Under the pieces are notes generated by a model. The model saw only the letters and a program-made list of their open reading frames with translations. It had not been told where the DNA came from and searched no databases. From Octopus bimaculoides (Eukaryota): a stretch of 64,000 nt of DNA. Below, piece after piece: positions 54,154 through 64,000 of this stretch (the first letter of the stretch is position 1; the number at the start of each line of letters is the position of its first letter). Location of the stretch: assembly GCF_001194135.2 (NCBI RefSeq), contig NC_068998.1:54553132-54617131 (forward strand), given 5' to 3'. Made by a program: the position numbers and the translations under genes.

Positions 54154-56985
54154 GAGTTGTGTGTGCTAGGAAAATAAAGAACTAGTAAGACATTGGTGAA
54201 AATGAAAAGAAACGGTCAAGAAAATACTAGAAAGGAAATATGGTTAACTGTTGCTCCATGTAAGAAATTGGAGAAAGATTTATATCGTTGGGTTTGGGAA
54301 TTATGCAGAAGTGGATTTATTGTCAACTGCTTGGATAGCAGAACCAAAATATTACAGGTATCCATGGATACAAGTAACCACAGCAGCGTTCAAATATAAT
54401 ATTACTCAAATATGGTCCAACTGATGCCAGCATGGGAAATGGACATTAAGTGACGATGACGGAAATGATGAAGACAATGAAGATGATAATGATGATGATG
54501 ATAATGATGATGATGATGATAGTCTTTTTGTTTTTGTTTCTTTTTATTGGAAGGGACATGAAGGAAGGAGCAGGGCCCATGGCCTGCATGGCCTTTGTAG
54601 ATTGATGAGATTGATGTCATTAATATTGTTTTGAACCTTTGTAAGTCAACATCTGCAGGAAAGACATTAGCAAGGAAAGGAATCATAGAAAGTTGATCTT
54701 CTGGACAGGAAAGAAAGACTGGGTGTTGAGTGATTCCTGCAGAGTCTGAAGAAAGGAGTGACTCAGCAATACCTAAGTGGAGGTGGTATGAGTCCAGTTA
54801 GCTCTGACGAGCAGAAACCATCATAGTAGCAGTTGAAAACAACAGAAGGAGGAGACAATACATTTGAGGAGCAGAAGCTGGTGTGTATATGAGATCCAGG
54901 AATATGGAACTGGTTTACATTATACCAATTTACCATTAAACCAATGTGAAAACCAGAATTAATGTTTCATTTCACATCTCCACCCCATGGCAACATGGCT
55001 AACACGGTATGTTAAACACTGACTTACCTGCATTATCGTCAAATAACTGTTACACACTTTGGACAGCTGATCCTCATACCAGCCATTCGAGATAAGCGAA
55101 TGACATTCATTTTCCGCTTGTTGTTTTTGTTCATCACAAATACTCCACAGTTTATCCTGGAGATCAATAACCGTTTGATGAAGCTCAGTTTGGGTTTCCA
55201 AGTCAAATCTCGTGTCATCAGGGACTTCATTATATTCCTGAAAAAAATAATATGACATCATCATTATTTAACATCCACTTTTCCATGCTTGCATGGGTTG
55301 GATGAAGATTTTTGCCTCATTATAGAGACACCCTCCTTGTCACCAACCTTTACTTGTTTCCAAACAAGGTAATATTTCTCCACAATCAGACAAGTTCTTG
55401 AAGAATATTGGTAATATTTGATATTGTCTGTATGACAGGGATAATCATTTACAACTAGAATGCGATGTGAAAACAAGGAGATACAAAGTGGCTTATAAAG
55501 GATTAAAGGCTTGGCTCTAAGGGTTTTATGGAAGTAATCGATTAATTATCTTACCTAGATAATGTTATTACAATTCCAAACATTCTTCAGATATATCTTA
55601 TGAGAAACTATATTATTAAACATGTCCCCTGTAAGTCTTTATTTATTTTTAGACAATTATATTTTAAAGCAATTTGGTTGTTCTTTCTAACAGATCAAGT
55701 GACCACATAAAGGTTTTATCCTTGGCTTAGCTTCCTTGTTAGTTTGCAGAAATGTTTTAGGGAAATGCCATAATGAAACCCCCCATGCCACAAATGGTGA
55801 TGTATTGGATAAAAAGGGAAGAAGAGGATTCAAAAGAAACTGGGGAGAAATGAAGAATTGCTTGTTTGTTGCACAAGAAATATAAATGGAGACGCAAAAG
55901 TGAGAAGTTGAAAGATTGGTAGTCTTGGGATGAGGTAGGTATAGAGAAAGAGACAAAGTGAGAACAACTGCAATTTAACACAAGTAATTAAATACATTGA
56001 TTAAGCATGTGTGAATATCTCAACAGAATTTGGCTGATTTAATAAATATTTCTGATGCATCGAGATTGGAACAGTAATTAGAATGCATGCAGTTCAAGGC
56101 TGAAAAGAAAGGTGATGTTTGACTAGAAGTTGCTAGGTTTTACTATTGAGATAATCGAAATACTACTGGAAGACAGGAATATGGTAATATAATAGAACCA
56201 ACAAAGGCTTCATCAAGTCTGGGAATAAAGCAATTTCTTCTCTATGATACCAAATTAACTTGAATTATATCATCACACACATTAGCAAATGTCTAGAATG
56301 AAACACGGATGCTGAAATGAGAAGCCCCAACACTGTAGCACGGCAGAAGCAGAATAGAAAATTACAGTTTAAAATTGAGTTTAAGAAGTAGCAGTAATAC
56401 AAAACAATTGGTATTTTTAAAAAATTAGTAATGAATAAATTATGAAGATCTAATATTAGATGACAGCCAGAGTTAAAGTAGGCAAGAGACGAGATTAAAA
56501 CATTTCTTGTTAATAAAAATAAAACACAGCAAACCAAACTAAACCAAACAAACATAAATTATATATTACCTTCTGCCATTGACTAACAAAATCTTGTTTG
56601 TTGTCAGGACGTATCAGATATTCTTCAAATATTTTCCTGTATCGAAGGGGAATTAAATAGCAACGTTATTACATCAATATATCTTCGATATTTCTAAAGT
56701 AAACAATAAATAAATTTGTCTGTTTTAATATTTATATACCAGTAACATTTATTTATTATGCTTGTTCATTTGAATACTGGAAACACATAATCTCTTTGCA
56801 TCTGGATGGTCTCATTTCTCATTGATAACTATTTCTCTCTCAAAAAAAAGGGGGGGGGGGATTGAAACTGTTTTTACAAATAGTATTATGTTTATAGAAA
56901 TGCTATTAAATAATTTTTACAAACACTACATATGTATATGTATGTATGTGTGTGTGTGTATGTGGATATATGTATATATGTGTGT

Positions 56986-57019
<34 letters not shown>

Positions 57020-59179
57020 NNNNNNNNNNNNNNNNNNNNNNNNNNNNNNNNNNNNNNNNNNNNNNNNNNNNNNNNNNNNNNNNNNNNNNNNNNNNNNNNN
57101 NNNNNNNNNNNNNNNNNNNNNNNNNNNNNNNNNNNNNNNNNNNNNNNNNNNNNNNNNNNNNNNNNNNNNNNNNNNNNNNNNNNNNNNNNNNNNNNNNNNN
57201 NNNNNNNNNNNNNNNNNNNNNNNNNNNNNNNNNNNNNNNNNNNNNNNNNNNNNNNNNNNNNNNNNNNNNNNNNNNNNNNNNNNNNNNNNNNNNNNNNNNN
57301 NNNNNNNNNNNNNNNNNNNNNNNNNNNNNNNNNNNNNNNNNNNNNNNNNNNNACACACACACATGTGTACGTGTGTGTGTGTGTGAGAGAGAGAGAGACA
57401 GACAGATGCATGCAGGCTTATGTGCAGGCATATAAGAATAGTCATGTCTGCTTTCGGCATGAGATTATCTGATTGAAAATCAATTACTGTATTTACATTC
57501 ACAACAGACACTAAGCCCCATTGCTCTGTGCTTTTTGAAACTGTTGAATAAAATTTTCCTTAACTTCAAGCTTACTCGTGATAAATAAAAAAAAAGCAGC
57601 TGAAGGTTGGCATCAGGAAAAGCATCCGTCTGCCTCAAACTCCTCCTCCTCCTCCTCCTCCTCCTCCAACAATGAACAAAAGAAATCTTTTAATAAAATA
57701 CCTGAATATTTCCTCACCTGATGCTGTAATAATAAGGCTTTATGCATTCTCGTTCTTTCCTTATTGCTCGAAACATTTTCTTACAGTTCTGCAGATAGGA
57801 CTTCTCTATTAGTTTCCAATAAGAACTTAACAGTTTTACCATTCTCTGTCAATTAAAACAGAATCGTCTTTTTGAAACAACTAAACTGTGGCTCTCGGAG
57901 CTGCTTTGTGCAGCGGCCCCAAAGATCATACTGGGTTCCAGTGTGCATTAAGAGGAAAATTAAGTTTAAGAGGCATCTGTTGTAGTGTGCAAGAGAGAAG
58001 ACTGGTCTAATCATGTGATGTGAATGAACGAAGACAGCTGCATAAAAAAGTGCTGGTGTCACGTAAAAAAGCACCCAGTACACTCTGTAAAGTGATTGGT
58101 GTTAGGAAGGGCATCCAGCCATAGAAACTATTCCAGAGCAGACAGCAGAGCTTGGTGCAGTCTTCTGGCTTTCCTAGTTCTTGTCAAACTGTTCTACCCA
58201 TGCCAGTATGGAAGAGGGACATTAAATTATTATGAAGATGATGATGATGATATAAAGTTGGATAATGCCAGTTTATGGGATTACCTTAGGTTTCACATCC
58301 ATAAAGGGCTTGGCTTTATGGCATATCATCAGAACCCAAAACCTATTACTTACATTTCTTTTTATAGATACATGTGTGCATGTGTGTGTGCATGTGTGTG
58401 TGCATGTGTGTGTGCATGTATGTGTGTGTGTGTGTGTGTGTGCTTATACCTGTATCTTGAGTTAAGTTCTTGTAGGTCCCCCAAAAATTAAACCTTGCCA
58501 TTTGATAAATGGGGATCAATAAAATAATTACCAGGGTCAATATGACAGACAAAAAGCCTTGAAGGTGATGCCTCAGCATGGCCACAGTTCAATGAATGAA
58601 ACAAGTAAAAGTCTGAAGAAATAAAAAAGTACAACTGACCATGTTAATCTCAAAATCCATGAACTCCCAGTCTGGAGAATCGGGTTCGAATGGTTCCGGT
58701 GCTTTCTCTTCAGGTTCTGAAGAAAGAATTTATGACAAACAAAAATAAACGAAAATAATCAAAGAGATTCTTGTATCTTGAGGGTCAATTACATCAACAA
58801 GCTTTCTTATTTCAGCACACACATAAATTAATCCTTATTTTTGCCATCCTACGGGTTTTTAGTCAACTATTAGTATCTGAAATCAGTCGTGTCATTATTG
58901 AATCTACAATGAAGATTTCAAACCAGGCAGAGATGTGTGATTAAAAAGTTCAATTATGAACCATGGGAATTTGGTTTCAGTCCTGAGTTGACCAAAGCCT
59001 TGTGGATGGATTCGGTAGACAGGAAATGAAAGAAGCTCTTCACAACTTTCTATAGAAACCATAAAAAATCAGGAGGTATGAGAAGTGAATATACTTGTTT
59101 AAGCACTTGTCGTCCTCAGGATTATGGCCATTTTGCAGTCATCTTCATGTGATAATAATTTCAGTGCTTAAGGAAGGAA

Positions 59180-59213
<34 letters not shown>

Positions 59214-62200
59214 GAGGAATTGTTCTCTGGCAGGTGAGTATACTGGTCTCAAGGCTCACCAGTTGCACTTCAACATCATCACTCCAACGGCTGCAAATAA
59301 CAAATAAAAGTCTACTTAAAAATCACGTCCCACCATTTTAAATAAAGAACACAGTGGACACCAGCGTATATTGTACCAGTTCCTGATGTAGAAAAGAAGG
59401 TGAGATGGTCACAACTGGAACTCCTTTCAGAGTAATATAGTCTGTAATAAAGCACTGGTCAGCCTAGGGGCTGTAGTTGAAGACACTTACCCAAAGTGTC
59501 ATGCAGTAGGATTGAACCTGAGACCATGTGATTGCAAAGTGAGCTTCTTAACCATACAGCCATATACACACACAAATACATGATATTATATATTTCATAA
59601 ATTAAGAGAAAACCACCAAGGGGGCAACGTTTCCATTCATTCTCATCTAATTTTACCAGCAAGCAGAATGGCGCCTACATGTGGTCTCTCAGCCTCCCAG
59701 GAATAGCAGCTAAATCACCAACAAATCACATTCTACTATCTTAAAAAAGGAAGAAGATATTAGATGATGTAGTACTAGGCATACTATATCCAAAATAAGA
59801 AAGGATAGCCATGGCTGGAGAGCCTTTGATCATAGTTTGCTGGATCACAGTGATCTGGAGTTATACAACAACAACAACAACTTAGAAAGGAAGAAATTTT
59901 GTTTAATGAATTATAAAATAAAAGTTTCTCCTTAATAAACAACAAGAAAACTTCAGTGTTCATAATAAACAACAATATCTGCTGGAAGCACATGATTTCA
60001 GACCAAAAATATTTATCACCAAAAATAAAGAAAGAAGCTGAAAATATTAACCAAAATATTTATATGACATATTTCGAGGTAAACAAAAAAGAAAAAAAAA
60101 GAAAAACATAAACAAGATATGGAAATAAAGTCAGATCTTCATTATCTTTAATACTGCTCTATTTTGACATTTCTAAACAGCATTAAACACACACACACAT
60201 CTTATATTCAATCCCCTTGACACTTACATCACAAAACTAATCATTTACAGCAAGAAATATTATTCTTGTTAATAAGGTTGGGTAGAAAGTTAATCTAAAT
60301 TGCTTCCTAAAACTTCACGATAGAATGAAATTTTATCTACTTCTTTCTCTCTCTCTCTCTCTCTCCCTCTCTCTGTATCTATCGTTTTATCAAGTGATAC
60401 TTTCTTCACAAAACACTTAGCACTCTCTCTGTTTATCTCTCTTTTACACACACACACACACACTCAACACAACACATACACACACCCATGTAGACGCACA
60501 CATATCTGTAAAGCAATGTCAATAAGGCAGGAGACAACCAACAGCAAACGAAGTGTGCGAACATCGTTTATGTGGTTGTGAGTATCAAGAATGTAATTAG
60601 AAATATACTAAGATGGTGACAAAAAGACACCATTACATTAGTCACATTATTCTTAATCATTTTGGCAACAGCAGACAACAACTCCAGACATATTCGGGTC
60701 TCATTACATCCCCTCACAGAACCAGAGACTTCACTGGAATCTAACCAAAGCACAAAGTATTGGGTTGAGTCAAAAGTTTTGCAATATTTTGCTAATTCAT
60801 TTGTTTTATTTGTCAAATTACCACAAAACCAGCGAAACATTCAAAGGAGAGGGCCATTATGTTGCACCACCAGAAGCCATTTTCCTGCCAGTTCTTTGAT
60901 CCTACACTGGTACCAGTTCTTGTCTTTCGAGGAGAAGAACTCCTTCCCTGAAGCTTCCACTTCTTCTTGGTTGATGAAGTGTCGTGAGTAGAGAAAATGA
61001 ATCAGGGATCAGAACAAGCAATGCAGAGTGGGATTGAACCCCAAATCCCCATGGTTGCAAAGTTATCTTCTTAACCATTCACCCATGCCTTTCTTAACTG
61101 TTACATTTCTATATTTGTGTGATGATGATAATGATGATGATGATGATGATGACAATGATGGTGGTGGTGGTGGTGGTGGTGGTGGTGGTGAAACACACTG
61201 CCTTTGTTGCGATTAATTTTTTAAATAATGGAGAATTTAGTGAAATAACTTTGTCGTTATTAATATGAAAGATTGAGAAGAAAAAGAAATAAAATAAAAA
61301 GACTATAAAAGTTGGTGATGCAGAGGGGCGGACAAGACAAAGGAAAAAAGCAACAGAAAAAAAGTGGAAAAGATTGAAAATGGAAATAACAAAAAAAGAA
61401 AAAATCATTAACCAATCAAAATGCTGAAAAAGATTCCAAAATAGGGGAAGAGGGGACCTAATAGAGAGAAAAAAGTGGGGAGGAGGGAGGGGTGAAGAAT
61501 TGAGGAAGAGAGAAAGTATAAAATCTAAGGTTGATTAAACAGGACAAATTCCATGTTGAAAAAGAAAAGGAAATATTGAATAGGGTGAGAAGATAAAATG
61601 ACAAGAATATTGGAAATAGATTAAAAGCAATATGTTGTCATCATCATCACTATCATTTTCAAGTCCACTTTTCCATGCTTACACAAATCAGATGGAATCT
61701 ATTGAAGCACATTTTCTATGGTTGCATGCCCTTCCTGTCACCAACCCTCACCTGTTCCTATGCCAGGTAATATTTCCCCCATGGTAAACTGGAAAGGAAG
61801 GGCAATGCTTGTATGACAGGGACACTCGTTTACAACTACCACATGATGTCAAGACAAAAAGACAGTAACACACACACACAGACATATATGCGACAGGTTT
61901 CTTTAAGTTTTTGTCTACCAATTCCACTCATAAGGATTTGGTCAGCCAGGGGCTACTGCAGAAACTTACCTAAGGTGCGATGCAATAGAAGTGAACCTGA
62001 AGCCATGGAAGCAAGGTCTTACTAAAGGGAGAAAGCTATTTCTTTTCATGGCATTAAGTATCTTAAAAACAATTGACAAATTGACACTGGTATGCTCACA
62101 TACACACACACACACACATATATAATGGTTGCCTCATCATGTCAGATGACTGTCATCTCACTTTCATTGTCGCATGTGACAAGGATATCCATCACCATAA

Positions 62201-62540
62201 AACTCGATGGAATGCCAAACAGATCAAGAACTGAAATGACAGTAAGACGTCTGCTCATCAATTGGATTTAAGTGGCAAAAGCTTTGCTAACACTTTTGCT
62301 ACTCTCTCAGTCACCAAAGTAGGTTCATGTGATCCAAGCAGACAACAGCCAGTTCTCACACACAATTCCAATGTTACTGCTATCCACCATTCCACAAAAC
62401 CCCAGCAATTCATCATGCATTAAATCACACCAAATTCCCACAAGTCTCTTACCTTCCTCAGTTTTAGTCAAATTCTCTGCTGAATGCTTTTTACTATTTT
62501 CTTCCATGTTTTGAGTCTCATTTGCAACATTTTCAGTTTC
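15282..62540 (-). CDS. SPEF2: Sperm flagellar protein 2 orthologue, 3' half of a spliced gene (21 coding exons, 908 aa + stop; 5' part outside window)
   Basis: Exon peptides align co-linearly, by recall, to human SPEF2 C-terminal half. Examples: RPDNKQDFVSQWQ vs RPDHKQDFVAQWQ; ELHQTVIDLQDKLWSICD vs ELHQRVNDLRDRLWDICD; ELDRFQDT..LLKDYY vs ELNRFQDT..LLQDYY; FIDWRRF vs FVDWRKF; YQDLG..NAEPI....L..HPFIQD vs FQDLG..NLEPI....L..HPFIQD. All introns are GT-AG, phases chain without conflict, and the exon sum is 2727 nt. Confidence 0.95.
16100..16460 (+). repeat. ~350-bp GA-rich tract with short direct repeats (gggaggagggaacagaag) in the last SPEF2 intron
   Basis: Seen directly; starts about 10 nt from the donor at 16469. 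Confidence 0.85.
16470..16595 (-). CDS. SPEF2: SPEF2 exon: NEIIGVYQDLGSVNAEPIPFETLIAHPFIQDIIAKGNQFLML
   Basis: 126 nt, phase 0->0; strong match to human C-terminal FQDLGAKNLEPIEVAVLLKHPFIQDLI. Confidence 0.95.
17246..17317 (-). CDS. SPEF2: SPEF2 exon: VLNHGEPPGNSFIEKSDSFEAVSM
   Basis: ctatttttctag acceptor, gtaaga donor, 72 nt, phase 0->0. Confidence 0.88.
21688..22325 (+). mobile_element. SINE family 1, full length, interrupted at 21719-22003 by an insertion
   Basis: Head gttcagtcgcactgtgtg resumes as acacgttgggtaagtgtc at 22004; core and tail A complete. Confidence 0.8.
21781..21960 (-). mobile_element. RTE-clade LINE reverse-transcriptase C-terminal fragment
   Basis: TAMLHGSETWAVIAEDMHKLARNEASMPRWMCNVSVHTRQSVSALREKLDLKSIRCGVQE; YGSETW...E...LRW hallmark of RTE ORF ends. 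Confidence 0.85.
24595..24795 (-). mobile_element. RTE-clade LINE C-terminal fragment
   Basis: RKEASMLHWMSNVSV...LREDLGIRGIRC...CWYGHVIHMDEDSCVKKC. Confidence 0.8.
25196..25421 (-). CDS. SPEF2: SPEF2 exon, acidic low-complexity: ADIPKEVTETPKEEVTETE...QLIPIGVILK
   Basis: 226 nt, phase 2->0, AAG|gtgggt donor; ends at the position of human MSMETLLK. Confidence 0.88.
25480..25690 (+). mobile_element. Non-LTR retrotransposon (CR1/L2-like) 3' fragment
   Basis: QFFNTLPK...DLFKEQLNKFLSDIPDEP...SNSFLHQ across a frameshift; typical LINE ORF2 terminus. Confidence 0.55.
27040..27170 (-). CDS. SPEF2: SPEF2 exon: LLYFCSKPSMFEGFTRALSLS...FPIE
   Basis: 131 nt, phase 0->2, GT|gtaagt donor; human LLYFACHPDTVEGVYRALSV. 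Confidence 0.93.
28749..28889 (-). CDS. SPEF2: SPEF2 exon: VPLWPEEDIKK...FFDLFTEFNTQPPLLNYEKM
   Basis: 141 nt, phase 0->0; human FFFRLFADYEKDPPQLDYTQM; donor gtgcaa is weak. Confidence 0.92.
30079..30273 (-). CDS. SPEF2: SPEF2 exon with EF-hand-like loop: ...FIDWRRFILWASYPFP...QLDINKTGFIDYEMFNS
   Basis: 195 nt, phase 0->0; human FVDWRKFLL...AVDKEQLGTITFEQY. Confidence 0.94.
30860..31000 (+). mobile_element. Possible hAT dimerisation-domain remnant
   Basis: RPTTATV...TFSKLK in broken frames resembles P(V/T)TTA(T/S)xERxFSKLK. Confidence 0.3.
31700..31828 (-). CDS. SPEF2: SPEF2 exon: FQLVAPLGFISTKSFQETLEDLV...LPELWMQPNFAR
   Basis: 129 nt, phase 0->0; human FLDMAPKGIIGNKAFTDILIDLV...FPSNWM. 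Confidence 0.93.
32005..32305 (-). mobile_element. tRNA-type SINE family 3
   Basis: Head gcatgg.gcagtggg..cgg, core catgttgctccagtccactcagct; related plus-strand copies at ~51450-51590 and ~53450-53760. Confidence 0.7.
32940..33200 (-). mobile_element. Decayed CR1/L2-like LINE 3' fragment
   Basis: Broken-frame similarity to the LINE terminus also seen at 54560-54890. Confidence 0.3.
33847..33951 (-). CDS. SPEF2: SPEF2 exon: EYLTLKHTTPEPIPEFTEYHNNQMTCVQLSAFLTQ
   Basis: 105 nt, phase 0->0, CAG|gtgagt donor; human LTIEQLDSLRDQ. Confidence 0.9.
34244..34343 (-). CDS. SPEF2: SPEF2 exon: IDVMASLMKNAIENGDKLQKEIILDNGDFYIDE
   Basis: 100 nt, phase 2->0, gtaagt donor; human HIETSTKIQNELYLSQEDFFIN. 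Confidence 0.92.
34510..34651 (-). CDS. SPEF2: SPEF2 exon: AAVRRRLGLLK...QDWIGSRFLTQIK
   Basis: 142 nt, phase 1->2; human FRLELIK...EKWLGERYL. Confidence 0.92.
35570..36230 (-). mobile_element. Decayed mariner (DD34D) transposase, catalytic region, with N gap
   Basis: SKFGQWLPHHM (WVPHEL motif), FLDRIII-IDES, KKVMLCLWYDMKGV, APYSSDLSLSDHHLFRSLQHYL (YSPDLAPSDYHLF motif), EFYA*GI; stops and frameshifts. Confidence 0.9.
36440..36625 (-). mobile_element. SINE family 2 copy
   Basis: Same core as 44370-44528. Confidence 0.7.
37100..37430 (+). repeat. (CT)n microsatellite grading into ~300-bp polypyrimidine/polypurine tract
   Basis: Almost purely C/T on the + strand. Confidence 0.9.
39110..39270 (+). 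mobile_element. Penelope-like element terminal remnant containing a hammerhead-like motif
   Basis: CCGACGA-A-GGACTATGCCC-GAAAC-GTC, the kind of terminus described for PLEs; family assignment is from recall. Confidence 0.5.
40835..40915 (-). CDS. SPEF2: SPEF2 exon: LTEEEEVQKLRKEKLRKEYYFAVEEE
   Basis: 81 nt, phase 1->1; human EEIAEIKRKNELRVKIKEEHLAALQFE. Confidence 0.9.
41970..42125 (+). mobile_element. Mariner transposase catalytic-core fragment
   Basis: INAEIYCEQLDQIYDALV*KDPRLVH*KCALFQQDNAKLHTTRKT matches the INxxxYCxQL...HDNARPH motif. Confidence 0.85.
42140..42310 (-). mobile_element. Penelope-like element terminal remnant containing a hammerhead-like motif
   Basis: Minus strand cttt-CTGTTGA-A-GAGCGTAGGCTC-GAAA-TGTA-aaag, followed by a T-rich tail into (TA)n. 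Confidence 0.5.
44190..44790 (-). mobile_element. Three tandem copies of tRNA-type SINE family 2, separated by (ATT)n/(ATC)n
   Basis: Minus strand gttctgagttcaaattc...gactttgcctttcatc...gataaattaagtacc; other copies at 36440-36625 and ~62990-63045. Core resembles, by recall, the Meta-type SINE domain. Confidence 0.75.
46495..46678 (-). CDS. SPEF2: SPEF2 exon: VSSEQAIHEAEEEEERRK...DMTPPPSF
   Basis: 184 nt, phase 0->1, G|gtaagt donor; charged, coiled-coil-like. Confidence 0.9.
47910..48255 (-). mobile_element. SINE family 1, full length
   Basis: Same modules as 3485-3840 and 12060-12435. Confidence 0.8.
51098..51257 (-). CDS. SPEF2: SPEF2 exon: IPLINPSTLRY...QQALTEISSI
   Basis: ctatttcag acceptor, gtatgt donor, 160 nt, phase 2->0; human RIPLVPR...QQASLAVSHM. 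Confidence 0.9.
52127..52305 (-). CDS. SPEF2: SPEF2 exon: SGIPESFLEND...KPENNELITISIRL (charged, low complexity)
   Basis: ttgtttttgaag acceptor, AA|gtaatt donor, 179 nt, phase 0->2, bridges flanking exons in frame. Confidence 0.82.
52861..52977 (-). CDS. SPEF2: SPEF2 exon: TELDRFQDTITLLKDYY...FSRLPLLE
   Basis: 117 nt, phase 0->0; human AELNRFQDTKRLLQDYY...FTRIPLVQ. Confidence 0.95.
54255..54360 (+). mobile_element. pogo/Tigger-like CENP-B-type HTH fragment
   Basis: KLEKDLYRWVWELCRSGFIVNCLDSRTKIL resembles xLExxLxxWxxExRxxGxxVxxxxIxxKA. Confidence 0.45.
54560..54890 (-). mobile_element. CR1/L2-like LINE ORF2 C-terminal fragment
   Basis: TQSFFP...LANVFPADVDLQRFKT resembles SFFPRTxxLWNxLPxxVFPxxxDLxxFK. 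Confidence 0.6.
55028..55237 (-). CDS. SPEF2: SPEF2 exon: EYNEVPDD...CNSYLTIMQ (70 aa)
   Basis: ttttttcag acceptor, CAG|gtaagt donor, 210 nt; strong similarity to human SPEF2. Confidence 0.96.
56570..56636 (-). CDS. SPEF2: SPEF2 exon: KIFEEYLIRPDNKQDFVSQWQK
   Basis: 67 nt, phase 2->0; near-identical to human RPDHKQDFVAQWQ. Confidence 0.95.
57020..57352. other. Assembly gap (N run); others at 1795-1804, 25982-26112, 35821-35841, 38991-39000
   Basis: N characters, mostly flanked by tandem or simple repeats. Confidence 0.99.
57718..57845 (-). CDS. SPEF2: SPEF2 exon: RMVKLLSSYWKLIEKSYLQNCKKMFRAIRKERECIKPYYYSIR
   Basis: 128 nt, phase 0->2, gtgagg donor; resembles human PYWELIENSY. Confidence 0.93.
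58640..58716 (-). CDS. SPEF2: SPEF2 exon: (E)PEEKAPEPFEPDSPDWEFMDFEINM
   Basis: tttcttcag acceptor, gtcagt donor, 77 nt, phase 1->0; resembles human PPKPGSEEWVYVNEP. Confidence 0.9.
60843..60988 (-). mobile_element. Mariner transposase C-terminal fragment
   Basis: HFINQEEVEASGKEFFSSKDKNWYQCRIKELAGKWLLVVQHNG matches FxxxEEV...FFxSK...Y..GI..L..RW..V...G. Confidence 0.75.
62453..62540 (-). CDS. SPEF2: SPEF2 exon (1st in window): ETENVANETQNMEENSKKHSAENLTKTEE
   Basis: ttttag acceptor, G|gtaaga donor, 88 nt, phase 0->1, matches next exon phase; low-complexity, so homology is weak. Confidence 0.7.
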
Positions 62541-62707
62541 CTAAAAATCCAAAAATTTGAATCATTTAAATAATATAAAGAACTGTCTTTCTTTAAGTTG
62601 AAGGATATATTTACAGGAAAATGGAACGGCAGATTACATGATGGGAAATTAACGAAAGTCGAGATGTTAGATAACGGGCTTTAATGAAAAATTCCAATTC
62701 AATTTAT

Positions 62708-62742
<35 letters not shown>

Positions 62743-62835
62743 ATTTTCAAAAATTGTAATGATTGCTACTGAAGTTACTGTGACAATAAAATAATATTAA
62801 TATAATAAAAAATATAAATATATAAATATACATAG

Positions 62836-62883
<48 letters not shown>

Positions 62884-63619
62884 TTATTATTATGTTTATT
62901 TTTATTATATTATTTTCACCATCACCATCACCACCATCAAGGTGATGAACTGGTAGAATCTTTAACATGCCACACTAATTGATTAACGACATTACTTTTG
63001 ACTCTTTACCTTCTGAGTTCCAAATTCAGCTGAGATCAACTTCACCTAAACCTAAATAATAAAACCATACCAGTGCTCTCTTTTCTCTTGCACAATGCAG
63101 CTGCATTTAACAATTTAGTGCACTCATATTTTTGGTCCCTGGCATCAATTTTCACACAATGATTTTCATGAGAACTATTAGGAAGGAAATTAGGAGGGAA
63201 AATGGTGTGTTTAATATTGTTTGCGTTGTTCAGGGACATTGTTTTTCTTAAAGACTTTTGCTGTTGGTTATATTGATTTTTTTTCAAATGCCTTACCAGT
63301 TTTCTTCTGGCAGATTATCCTAACAGAATTCTTCAATAATATTACAATCTATGAATCCCACTCAAATATCAATACAGTCTCAGACCCATTACTGCAAGAT
63401 CTGTAGTTAAGCATCAAATAAAGAAAAGAATAGAAATTCAGGATAGAAAAGCCACAACATGTAGACACATAGAAAATGGTGGGTGAAATGTTCCAGTAAG
63501 TAAAGGAGACTTAAAGGATTGGCTCAGAGAATTGACAGTCAATAATTTCTTTTTTTTAAAATAAATCTCAAACTATCATCTTACTATTTGGAGAGTAACG
63601 ATGGCATTGATAGGAATAT

Positions 63620-63790
63620 TGCTTTTCATTTCTAAGAGCTTCAGTTATAAGGGCCTTTACAAAGTCAGTCCTACTTCAGAAATAAAGGCTACATCTACAT
63701 CATTATTCTCTTCTAGGGATATTAAAATATCAATAGTATTTTTCATAAACCAGAATTCCCAAGTATACAAGCTATTATATTTTAGCTCAA
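63620..63790 (-). mobile_element. Possible decayed LINE APE-type endonuclease N-terminus
   Basis: LYTWEFWFMKNTIDILISLEENNDVDVAFISEVGL resembles TWNxxGL...DVxxISETxL. Confidence 0.3.
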
Positions 63791-64000
63791 TTGATCTACT
63801 AATAGTGGATGGGAATCAGTTATTTAGCTCCTTCTTGATGTCAGTACTTTCTGAGAGAAGGTCAGTTTATGAAGCTAATATATCAGGATGAACATTGGAA
63901 TGGTATTATTGGATATCATCAAATAAAAGAGAAAGACCATACCATAAATACATGATAATCTCTATATATATATAATAGAGTAATAGACTTGTCAGAGGAG

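Larger units (their letters stand above)
1..64000. repeat. Pervasive microsatellites: (TA)n, (CA)n, (GA)n, (AAT)n, (GAT)n, (TATC)n, (CCA)n
   Basis: e.g. 1-65, 3020-3125, 5690-6300, 22918-23040, 24350-24430, 30330-30415, 38905-38990, 44529-44630; these produce the HTHT/IYIY/CVCV ORFs in the track. Confidence 0.99.

Noticed and set aside
60002-60078. Antisense exon-like segment QKYLSPKIKKEAENINQNIYMTYFE (tttcag...GAG|gtaaac)
   Set aside because: Weak polypyrimidine tract, no partner exons; expected by chance in AT-rich DNA
63297-63400. AG/GT-bounded segment as an additional upstream SPEF2 exon
   Set aside because: Stops in all three frames, and it cannot supply the phase-0 end needed for exon 62540

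Overview
AT-rich eukaryotic genomic DNA, dense in microsatellites and repeats, with five N gaps. It looks like an octopod cephalopod short-read assembly; that is inferred from remembered SINE and LINE families, not from a search. The main feature is the 3' half of a SPEF2 (sperm flagellar protein 2) orthologue on the minus strand. I reconstructed 21 GT-AG exons between 62540 and 15282 by hand. They are phase-compatible throughout, total 2727 nt (908 aa plus stop), and are followed by an AATAAA about 105 nt past the stop. The 5' half lies beyond the right edge. Introns and the 3' flank carry decayed mobile elements: a DD37D (maT) deletion derivative, DD34D mariners, a pogo/Tigger fragment, a Gypsy integrase, RTE and CR1/L2-like LINE ends, Penelope-like ends and at least three tRNA-type SINE families. 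Most ORFs in the supplied track are microsatellite artefacts. Best second-look items: two minimal hammerhead-ribozyme-like motifs in Penelope-like termini inside SPEF2 introns, a 25-bp minisatellite formed from a transposase HTH at a deletion junction, modular or nested SINEs, inverted SINE pairs next to exons, and a possible small convergent plus-strand gene at 11.0-12.7 kb. I found no convincing wholly new biological system. Repeat coordinates are approximate; exon coordinates were indexed base by base.
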